Assembly (NCBI GenBank): GCA_021808105.1
Contig: JAKBCC010000001.1
Coordinates: forward strand, 32,753-96,752
Reading direction: 5' to 3'
From: Planctomycetota bacterium
GTDB lineage: Bacteria; Planctomycetota; Phycisphaerae; WQYP01
DNA: 64,000 nucleotides
Below, one piece after another: positions 41,901 through 49,061 of this stretch (the stretch's first letter is position 1; every line of letters begins with the position of its first letter). The position numbers and the translations under genes were made by a program. A model generated the notes under the pieces. It worked only from the letters and a program-made list of their open reading frames with translations. It did no database searches and had not been told where the DNA came from.

Positions 41901-43790
41901 CAGTTCAATCTGCCGCTTCTGAACATCCAGCACACGCAGATCATAAAATCCCAATTCCCCGGGCAGGTGCGGCTGATAATGCCCCGCAAACTGCGGCTGG
42001 GTTTTAGATACGTTGGTCCATTCTGTAAATCCTTTTCCCCACCAGACATCGTTTTCGTGAATGGGATGAAACTGCGGCAAATAAAAGGCGATGGCCCGGA
42101 TGCGCGTATCAACGGCCATCCATTGGGATTCATTCACATAGTCCGCGGTGGCCCCGGACATTCTGGTCGGTGCCACCGTGCCTGTTGGGCGCATCCGGGC
42201 AGGCGCTTCGGGAGCAGCGGCAAAGGAAGAGGATCGCGGCAGTTCGGTGTGCGGAAGCGGCTTTCTCATGATCCAGTAACGCAAGGGGCGGGTTTTTTTA
42301 CGCAGTTGTCGTAGCGATTCAAGGAACGTCAGAGTTTTCCGTGCTGGGAAATTACTGGCTTGATCGCATTGCTCCATGCGTGCCGCCGCCAGGGATTTGT
42401 TCATGAAGAAATAACGTATCGGGCGCGTTCTTTGGCGCAATATTTTGAGCCGCCCGCGCAAGGTTCGAGCTTCGCGCACGCGAACCAGCTCGGCGATCCG
42501 CAGTTGACGCTCTGTCAACGCCGCCTGGAGTCCGGCGATCGTTTCGTCGCGGTGTGACAACTGTGCGGCGATTTCTGACACCTGCGTTTGCAACATGGCA
42601 ATACGATTGTTGCGTTCGGTTAAATCCTGTGTGAGCGCTGCGGCAGATTGCCGGGTGCCGGCGAGAAGATCGGTGAGTTCAACGATATGATGCGATCCAT
42701 CCGCTACCGCCGCGTTCAGGCTGCCGAGGGCCTCCTCGCACTGGGCCAGGTTTTCGGTGCTTTCAGCCACCTGTTTTTGCAACGTGGAAAGATCGTGTTC
42801 GCGCTGGGCCACCTGGCCGGCAAGCACGGCGGCGATCTGATCCCGCTGGGCAACCTCCAGTCGAAAATGAGTGGCTTGTGTGTCCGAAACATCCAAGGCT
42901 CGCCGCACGTTCATAAACCGTTGATTGCGTCCACGGATCATTTGGGCGGCTTTAAGTGCGGTATCGATGTGCCCGCGCTCAAGGCTCACATTTTCCGCGG
43001 GCAGCCCAAAAGGATAGTCGAAGGCCATGAAATCGACGGCGTAAAGTTTGCGAAGAAGCTCGATGCTGCGGGCGGAAAAAAATAGGGGGGAATAGGGGAG
43101 CAGACTCTCGTTGTATTTCTGCTGTGCGGGATTCCTAAAGGCCGCCGGGCCGATACGATCAGCGAGATTTTTCCAGAGGCTTTCCGGGTCTTCCATTTTG
43201 GCAATTTGTGAGTAACGCACCTTGCCAATGCGGAGAACGTGGCTCTGGGGTGTCCAATGCGGGTCAATAATATCAGGCCATTGTGTCGCATGCAGATATT
43301 CCAGAAAGCTCTGAATATTGTGTGCAATATCGTCAACGGATTGAATTTCCTGACGATAAAAATCAGCGTTGATGAATGGATCTGCCTGCAAGGGCTCGCG
43401 CAACAGAATTTTAGATTGCCAGGCGGAAAAGATTCTTGTATAGGGATTACGCACCAGAGCAAAGCGAAAAAAATCCGGTGAAAGCACTATTTTTTTCAGG
43501 TCCACAGGGTCCAGGCCGGTCACGTTTGGACAGGCTTTATAAAAACTGTCATGAATGGTCAGACGGGGGTCGGTTTCATAACTGCGCAGACTGTCGTAAT
43601 TGAAAAATTCCGGCGCATCAAGCTCCGCAAACCACCATTTCAGGGATGTACAGGCCACCTTTGGGGTGGAAACATAATGCAGCAGATACCGGTAAGATAC
43701 CAGAGATCCCACCGACAAACTGGTCCAATCCGTATCGGTCATGGTATCAAATAATTCGCTATGAAAATTATCCATCTGAACACGCCCCAT
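38991..43790 (-). CDS. giant multidomain glycan synthase: sulfotransferase-like domain, coiled coil, 2x RKxTRPxRYxxMxK motif, WbsX-like GT, GT4, GT2
   Basis: N-terminal RNPYTRIFSAWQSK (sulfotransferase-like). Coiled coil at about aa 300-440. Motifs LRQRTRPIRYFFMNK and LRKKTRPLRYWIMRK. WbsX-like GFCYYYYWFNG. GT2 VSVVVPNYNYAHYL...FLDD. Confidence 0.75.
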   Translation of the reverse strand: MGRVQMDNFHSELFDTMTDTDWTSLSVGSLVSYRYLLHYVSTPKVACTSLKWWFAELDAPEFFNYDSLRSYETDPRLTIHDSFYKACPNVTGLDPVDLKKIVLSPDFFRFALVRNPYTRIFSAWQSKILLREPLQADPFINADFYRQEIQSVDDIAHNIQSFLEYLHATQWPDIIDPHWTPQSHVLRIGKVRYSQIAKMEDPESLWKNLADRIGPAAFRNPAQQKYNESLLPYSPLFFSARSIELLRKLYAVDFMAFDYPFGLPAENVSLERGHIDTALKAAQMIRGRNQRFMNVRRALDVSDTQATHFRLEVAQRDQIAAVLAGQVAQREHDLSTLQKQVAESTENLAQCEEALGSLNAAVADGSHHIVELTDLLAGTRQSAAALTQDLTERNNRIAMLQTQVSEIAAQLSHRDETIAGLQAALTERQLRIAELVRVREARTLRGRLKILRQRTRPIRYFFMNKSLAAARMEQCDQASNFPARKTLTFLESLRQLRKKTRPLRYWIMRKPLPHTELPRSSSFAAAPEAPARMRPTGTVAPTRMSGATADYVNESQWMAVDTRIRAIAFYLPQFHPIHENDVWWGKGFTEWTNVSKTQPQFAGHYQPHLPGELGFYDLRVLDVQKRQIELARQYGIQGFCYYYYWFNGRKLLEHPLEQMLRRPELDFPFCICWANESWSRCWDGLENDVLIQQQHSAEDDLAFIHEVTSLFTDSRYIRVEGRPLLVVYRPSLLPDPAATARRWRQYCRDCGIGEIVIAYTQSFDRIDPAAIGFDYAIEFPPNNIDTRIITSDIQGLNSNYAGTVYDYPNLIEKCQELPQPPYRLFRGVCPGWDNESRKPGHGVTYAGATPALYRQWLNSACEYTSKNLPAGEQFVFINAWNEWAEGAYLEPDRRYGYAWLQATAEALQQFPAGQLPRKLVVVTHDCHPHGAQLIILNVCRDLSRQLGCTLAIITLGEGDLEDQFAQCGEIYRWWQLSSQQRTALLAELKSQSYFGAICNTVVSGEIARDLKGHGFKVLWLVHEMAGVIRQFGEAENLGITAKAVDRVVFASTIVRDSFLSLSEIPPEKVLIKAQGMYTPNEFLKDRHTIRQDVRAELGIPADAPLVLAAGFGDRRKGPDLFIQAGNAALAGNPAIHLVWVGDLHQDFEIIVKRLLRAAPTPEHFHFVPRTRDVSRYFAAADLYLMTSREDPFPSVVLEAFHAGLPVIGFASAGGFTQIVTPRLGRLVPYEDTRTMGRAVIDFLADSAGRRYVAQAGPLLIKEHFDHTIYACDLAKELGCTFPAVSVVVPNYNYAHYLPQRLESILQQTYRPAEIIFLDDASEDNSVEVAREILSRGTVPFRIIENRQNQGVFAQWLRGIDECASELIWIAEADDLCEPTLLGRLVDGFRHPDAVLSYAQSKMMDERGAILGNDYLQYTREVHADKWQSAYLRPGPLEIMDSLIIKNTIPNASAVLFRKPITAELRPMMQDLRHAGDWMFYLNLLQDGWICFVPDPLNHHRRHSQSVTLKARAINLFREVLKVQMFWLQKLPVDAHTQSMIEMVRQSTYQMLSLHTGDYPDYRRHPDLADVLEPPHRHNADNGSAHKSKIPALGLMHAGA

Positions 43791-44117
43791 TCAAAAATTC
43801 AGATTCCTGCCGACAGAGCGGCAAGCTGGTGTCGCACTGCACTGTAACAGTTCGGCAAGTGGTGGGATGCGAAGCTAAAAGCCGCTTCATTCCCGGTTTA
43901 TCAACGTATGCGAATGGGGGCCACCACTTATGCCTCACGGCATCTACTGTTATTTTAGCCCATGTTGCCCCTCGGGTCAAATTGTCAAAGTATTTTTTGA
44001 CCTTTGGTTTTTACCGGCCTAAGATGCAGCAGGGGACACAACGTTTTTCGCATTTGGCAGGTGCCTTTGGCGCCGGATTCGGTGGCGCTGATGTCTTTCT
44101 AACATAGTGGGGTCATC

Positions 44118-46547
44118 ATGTATAAGTGTGCGCCAACATTTTCTTCAGCGCGGCGTGGTAAAGCCAAGGTAGTGCTCTTGTTGCTTTCAGCCTTCGGAGT
44201 CATCAGTGCTGGGGGGCAATCGGGTTTGGTCATTGCCAATACCGTAACAGTAAATGGGTCACCGGGCACCAGCACAACCACGAGCGGTGGCCAAGCCATC
44301 GCCGTTGCCAACGCGACTACCGACGCTAGCCATACCGCCCACGCGTATGGCGGTAGCGCTTTCGATTCGGGCGCTGGCGGTTACGCCCATGCCACAGCGA
44401 CCGATGGAGCCACCGGCAGTTTCTCGCCCAGTGCCGGTTCCTATACTGTGTCGCTGGGCGGCGCTGCCGGCATTGATGCCAGTAATACCGGTGCCTCGGC
44501 GGTAAGCACATCCAGCACCAGCAATAGTGCGGGTAAGGCCACTGCCACAGGTTATTCTCGTGGCGGAAGCGGATCGGCCAGTTACGGTCCGTCGAATGTA
44601 TCGGCAGCCAACGGCGGCAATGGCGGTTCGAGTAATACCAGTGCCACGGCCAGCACGTCCGGCGCCAATGGCGCTTATGCCACGGCGGTGGCGCAAGGCG
44701 GTGCAGGCGGTCTGTTTGATTCCATCTTCACACCGCCGGCCAATAGCGGACTCGGTGGCAGTTCACAAGCGTCGGCCAGCGCAACGGCTGCCGGCAGTGG
44801 AACCGCACAAGTGTACGGCATATCTTACGGCGGTTCGGGCGGCACGTTTGCCGGTTCTAATGGTAATGGTGTCGGTGGCAACGGCGGAGCGGGTTCCCTG
44901 GGAACGGTTTCAGCGAGTTCCAATGGTGGTTATGTGTTTGTCGAAGGCGCGGAAATCGGTGGTGCCGGTGGCGGCTTTTCACACGGGGGCGGCACCGTTA
45001 CCGGCGGCGGTGGTGCCGACGTCAGCCTCACCAACGCGGTCAGTGGGACCACGTCAGGACATTCGGAACTCATCCAAATTTCTGAGGGGGGTGCCGGCGG
45101 CGGCGGATCAGGTTCAGGTACCGCCGGGGCGGCGGGGGCGGGGTATTCTTCGCTTACCAGCAATATCACCAGCGGCGCAGTGAACAACGCCGGCATTGAA
45201 GCTTACGCCTCCGGCGGTGCCGGTGGATACTTTGATGCGCTAAGCGGAACACACGGTACCGGTTCCACCGGAGGTGCGGCAACCTCGGTGGGCACGGGAG
45301 CCAATAATACTGGAGCTTCAGGGGTAGCGGCGTATTCGATCGCCGGTATCGGGGGTCTGGGCGTGACGGGAGCTACCAGCGGCATGGGCGGCGCGGCCAA
45401 CGCCACGGCCACATCAAGCACCACGCTGGTCGGCGGCGCGGTTACCGCTATTGGTTATGCCGTAGGCGGCAATGGCGGAGGGACAGCCGCTACATCCAGC
45501 GATGCGGCCGGCGGAAGTGCGATCGCTAAAGCCACCGCCAATCTTGCCGGCGGTTATGTCAACGCTTACGCCCAGGCCGTCGGTGGTACACCCGGTAATG
45601 GCACCGCGGGCGTAGATAATTCCGCTACCGCTCTGGCGGACGCTTATGCCAAGGGGGCCGGGGCCGGGGCGGTCAACGCCCAAGCCGGCATGATGGATAG
45701 CTACAATGGCCAGAGTGCTAATATTCAATCCAATTTTCCGGTTACCCTTGACGGCCCGCAACTGCACACCGAATCCTATATCAATGCCGGACAGGCCCCT
45801 CGTGCTATTTCCGCTGCGGCTGGTGCCAACGTTGCCACGCTGTTAACGCAGGATCCCACCAATGCCCTGGTCACCAGTGTGTTGGCGGCCAATCCACAGG
45901 CCGCACAGAACTGGAACATCGGCGGTGCCAATACCTCACAACCTGCCAGCAGCGTCGCGGATTATAATCAGATTTCATTTATCTCCGCAGGCACATCCTC
46001 CGGTACTTCACAGTATCACAGTTCCCTGACGGTCACGACAGCCAACGTTAATCTCAGTACCTCCCATGATGCCATCATGAGCTTTCTGGGCGGTACATCC
46101 ACGGGTAGCGGCTCGGTGATCATTCAGGTCACCAATCTGGAGAATCACAATACGCTGTTACTGAATAACGGCTACGGAACCTTAGCCCTGGCAGATGCGG
46201 CCACCTCCAACACCACCTTTGATCTGGGCAGCATTTCCAGTCTGGTAAGCTCCAGTAATGCTCTAAGCCTCCAATTTGACATGTATCTATTTACCACCGA
46301 CGCCAGCGCGGGCTTCCAGACCAGCTTTATCTTCGGCAGCAGCGTGATGGGATCAGGCCCCTCGGGCGGCCCCTTGCTGTCAACGACGAATTTCATGCGT
46401 TCCTCCGCCACGCGGTTCAGGGCCATGGAGGCGATACGCAGCGCGCCTGTTCCGGAGCCTGCAGCGCTGGTGCTTTTGGCCTTGGGTACTCTGGGATTGC
46501 TGCTAAAACCACGGCGCAGCGCGGCCCGCGTTAGAACACCATGGTGA
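44118..46547 (+). CDS. PEP-CTERM sorting domain secreted protein, Gly/Ser/Ala/Thr-rich
   Basis: N-terminal signal peptide. About 600 aa of low-complexity GGxG/SGS repeats. C-terminal VPEPAALVLLALGTLGLLLKPRRSA (PEP motif, TM helix, basic cluster). Confidence 0.85.
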   Translation: MYKCAPTFSSARRGKAKVVLLLLSAFGVISAGGQSGLVIANTVTVNGSPGTSTTTSGGQAIAVANATTDASHTAHAYGGSAFDSGAGGYAHATATDGATGSFSPSAGSYTVSLGGAAGIDASNTGASAVSTSSTSNSAGKATATGYSRGGSGSASYGPSNVSAANGGNGGSSNTSATASTSGANGAYATAVAQGGAGGLFDSIFTPPANSGLGGSSQASASATAAGSGTAQVYGISYGGSGGTFAGSNGNGVGGNGGAGSLGTVSASSNGGYVFVEGAEIGGAGGGFSHGGGTVTGGGGADVSLTNAVSGTTSGHSELIQISEGGAGGGGSGSGTAGAAGAGYSSLTSNITSGAVNNAGIEAYASGGAGGYFDALSGTHGTGSTGGAATSVGTGANNTGASGVAAYSIAGIGGLGVTGATSGMGGAANATATSSTTLVGGAVTAIGYAVGGNGGGTAATSSDAAGGSAIAKATANLAGGYVNAYAQAVGGTPGNGTAGVDNSATALADAYAKGAGAGAVNAQAGMMDSYNGQSANIQSNFPVTLDGPQLHTESYINAGQAPRAISAAAGANVATLLTQDPTNALVTSVLAANPQAAQNWNIGGANTSQPASSVADYNQISFISAGTSSGTSQYHSSLTVTTANVNLSTSHDAIMSFLGGTSTGSGSVIIQVTNLENHNTLLLNNGYGTLALADAATSNTTFDLGSISSLVSSSNALSLQFDMYLFTTDASAGFQTSFIFGSSVMGSGPSGGPLLSTTNFMRSSATRFRAMEAIRSAPVPEPAALVLLALGTLGLLLKPRRSAARVRTPW

Positions 46548-46613
46548 TAGCCCGGTGATGGGTTGGCGATACTGGATCAACCACCGGATTAACCATCCGG
46601 TGCGCGCGGAGGA
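46544..46613 (+). repeat. intergenic structured repeat, copy 1 (GGTGATARCCCGGTG...ATCAACCACCGGATTAAYCATCCGGTG)
   Basis: About 88% identical to 47520-47589. Contains a conserved CCGGAT-N5-ATCCGG hairpin. Starts at the stop codon of the PEP-CTERM gene. Confidence 0.75.
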
Positions 46614-46678
46614 ATTATTTTAGGAATTATTTTTGTGCTGTTCTTAAACGGAACTCACGTTAGGATAAGCCGTATTAT

Positions 46679-47422
46679 GTGCAGTGGAGGCAACGTATGG
46701 CGTTATTCAGCAATCCGGGATATTGCAACATTTGCATGGAAGACACCACATTTACCGCTGAGCAGACGTGGTTGCGCGATCACTATTTCTGTCAGCGTTG
46801 CCGCACGATTCCGCGTCAACGGGCACTCGTTGAAGTATTAACAACTTTGCGCCCGGCCTGGCGGACACTGACCATTCACGAAAGTTCGCCGTCGATCGGC
46901 TTTTTTTTCAAACAGTGCCCCGCCTACAGCGCGTCCCAGTTCTTCGAGGATGTTCGACCAGGCGAGTATCGCAATGGATTCCGCTGCGAAAATCTTGAGC
47001 ACATGACCATCGCTTCCGAATCGTTTGATATTTTCATCACACAAGATGTTTTTGAGCATGTATTCAATCCCGAACTGGCCATGCCGGAGATCATGCGCGT
47101 GCTGCGCCCGGGCGGCATTCATATTTTCACAGCACCGAAACACAAAACGCTGCTTAAGTCCGTTCGTCGCGCGCGCCTGAACAACGGTGCCGTTGAGCAT
47201 CTCCTGGAACCTGCCTACCATGGCAATCCCATTGGCGATGGGCGCAGCCTGGTCACATTTGATTATGGCGCGGATTTTGACGATCTCATTCAGTTGTGGT
47301 CCGCCTACCGGACCAGCAATTACATGATCCGCAACCGCCATCTGGGCATTGACGGCGAATTTCTTGATGTGTTTGTCACGATCAAAGACACGGCCAATTA
47401 TGTCCCCGGCGAAAATTGCTGA
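46679..47422 (+). CDS. class I SAM-dependent methyltransferase with N-terminal Zn-ribbon
   Basis: CNIC...CQRC zinc ribbon. FDIFITQDVFEHV and RVLRPGGIHIF motifs. Confidence 0.8.
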   Translation: MQWRQRMALFSNPGYCNICMEDTTFTAEQTWLRDHYFCQRCRTIPRQRALVEVLTTLRPAWRTLTIHESSPSIGFFFKQCPAYSASQFFEDVRPGEYRNGFRCENLEHMTIASESFDIFITQDVFEHVFNPELAMPEIMRVLRPGGIHIFTAPKHKTLLKSVRRARLNNGAVEHLLEPAYHGNPIGDGRSLVTFDYGADFDDLIQLWSAYRTSNYMIRNRHLGIDGEFLDVFVTIKDTANYVPGENC

Positions 47423-47519
47423 CTTCTTCTCCCATTCACGTCGGAAAGGCTCCTCGGGTGCATGGTATCATTGTGTGTTGCGGGATCCATTCGGCTGGCG
47501 GGCGACAGGCCGCTTTTGC

Positions 47520-47589
47520 GGTGATAACCCGGTGGTTGGTTGGCGGCACTGGATCAACCACCGGATTAATCATCCGGTGCTCGCGGGGA
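47520..47589 (+). repeat. intergenic structured repeat, copy 2, with a partial third copy at 47607-47629
   Basis: Includes a 10 bp inverted repeat CCGGTGGTTG/CAACCACCGG plus the CCGGATTAATCATCCGG hairpin. Confidence 0.75.
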
Positions 47590-47682
47590 GTGTCGCGTAG
47601 AAAACCGTGGCGATAAGCCGGTGGTGAGGCTCATTTTATTGCGGTTGTGGGCGGCAGCGGAGTGCCGGCATAATTACGTTAC

Positions 47683-48954
47683 CTAAACACTGTCCCATGG
47701 CAGGCAGTAATCATTTTCGGATACCTGCTCCATGCGTTCCACCGGTGCAATAATTAATCCGGGGGCAATTTTTAGATCAGGATAGTTTTCGCGAAAGGAG
47801 GCGATCCCCCTTGTATCCTTCCGCGATGGCTGTGAAGATAATTTGACCTCGATCGGATAAAACCTGCCGTCACGCTCCAGCAACACATCAACTTCAGCAC
47901 CGCTGTGGCTTCGCCAATGGTAGATGTTCGGCGGGGTTGAGAGCGTGGCGGAAAGTTTTCGAATTTCACCCGCGACGGCGGTTTCAAAAAGCGCCCCCGT
48001 CAACGGATGGCCGGATAATGTCGATGCGGCTGAAATTTTCTGGAGACTGCAGGCGAATCCGGTATCGGCGAGGTATCCTTTGGGTTTGCCGCTGATTCTT
48101 TTGATCGTGTTGCCGTGATAAGCCGGCGTCTCAAAACATTGGAATGTCGCGCGCAGTGTCGCCAGCCAGCGCTGGGCGGTCTGCGGCGTCATGCCCAGAT
48201 CACGTCCAAGCTGCGAGTGATTGATCTCCTGGGCGGTTAATGCGGCGGCAAGTTGGACAAACCGTCCGAATTGCTGCCAGTCGGCTAAGTCTGTTAATAA
48301 GCGAACATCTCGTTCTATATAGGTTCGCAGATAGGCGCGGTAAAACTCAGGTATCCACGTGTGCTCCAAAGTATCGGCCTCAGGCAAAAATCCGCGCCAT
48401 AACTGCTCATTGACGGTTCTGACCATCCCAAGCCGGTTTGGTTGTGCGGCAACAAATCGCTCCGGATCATTCAGATAACGCTGCACCCAATGGTCTTCGA
48501 CTCCGGCGTCGGCGATTTCGGCAAGACAAAAACCTTCCATATCCAGAAACGCCGCACGCCCGGCCAGAGACTCGCTGGCGGATTTCAGAACAGACCACTG
48601 CTGCGATCCGGTAAGAACGTACATCCCCGCATTTTCATTGGCTGATGTGCTATTGGAATTAGCAGATGCCCGGGCCAGATCAACGCGACGCTTTATGGCT
48701 CCCACAAGTTCCGGAGCGTATTGGATTTCGTCCAAGATTAACGGCGGGGGATGATTATTTAAAAATAAATCCGGGTCACGCCGCGCATTGCCGACATCCA
48801 CCGCCGGATCGAATACCACCGTATCCCAACCGGCCAATTCGTTACGCAAAAGCGTGCTTTTTCCCACCTGGCGGCTGCCGCTGACGATAACCACGGAAAA
48901 GCGATGAATCATTCGCTGGAGCTTGGAGGCGAGGATGCGACGTTTATAGATCAT
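47683..48954 (-). CDS. AAA_14/DUF4143-type ATPase (paralog)
   Basis: Walker A GSRQVGKSTL. C-terminal SGAEVDVLLERDGRFYPIEVKLS. Confidence 0.8.
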   Translation of the reverse strand: MIYKRRILASKLQRMIHRFSVVIVSGSRQVGKSTLLRNELAGWDTVVFDPAVDVGNARRDPDLFLNNHPPPLILDEIQYAPELVGAIKRRVDLARASANSNSTSANENAGMYVLTGSQQWSVLKSASESLAGRAAFLDMEGFCLAEIADAGVEDHWVQRYLNDPERFVAAQPNRLGMVRTVNEQLWRGFLPEADTLEHTWIPEFYRAYLRTYIERDVRLLTDLADWQQFGRFVQLAAALTAQEINHSQLGRDLGMTPQTAQRWLATLRATFQCFETPAYHGNTIKRISGKPKGYLADTGFACSLQKISAASTLSGHPLTGALFETAVAGEIRKLSATLSTPPNIYHWRSHSGAEVDVLLERDGRFYPIEVKLSSQPSRKDTRGIASFRENYPDLKIAPGLIIAPVERMEQVSENDYCLPWDSV

Positions 48955-49061
48955 CCTTGAATTTTAATGACATAATCATTAAAAATCAAGTAAATAACGA
49001 TTCCTGTTCGACTTGTTTTTTGCTGATACGTATTTTTATGCTTAACTGAATTTTACCCCCA

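Noticed and set aside
44254-45767. Several ORFs on both strands inside the PEP-CTERM gene
   Set aside because: GC-rich repetitive Gly/Ala/Ser codons keep every frame open; only the signal-peptide to PEP-CTERM frame makes a coherent protein.
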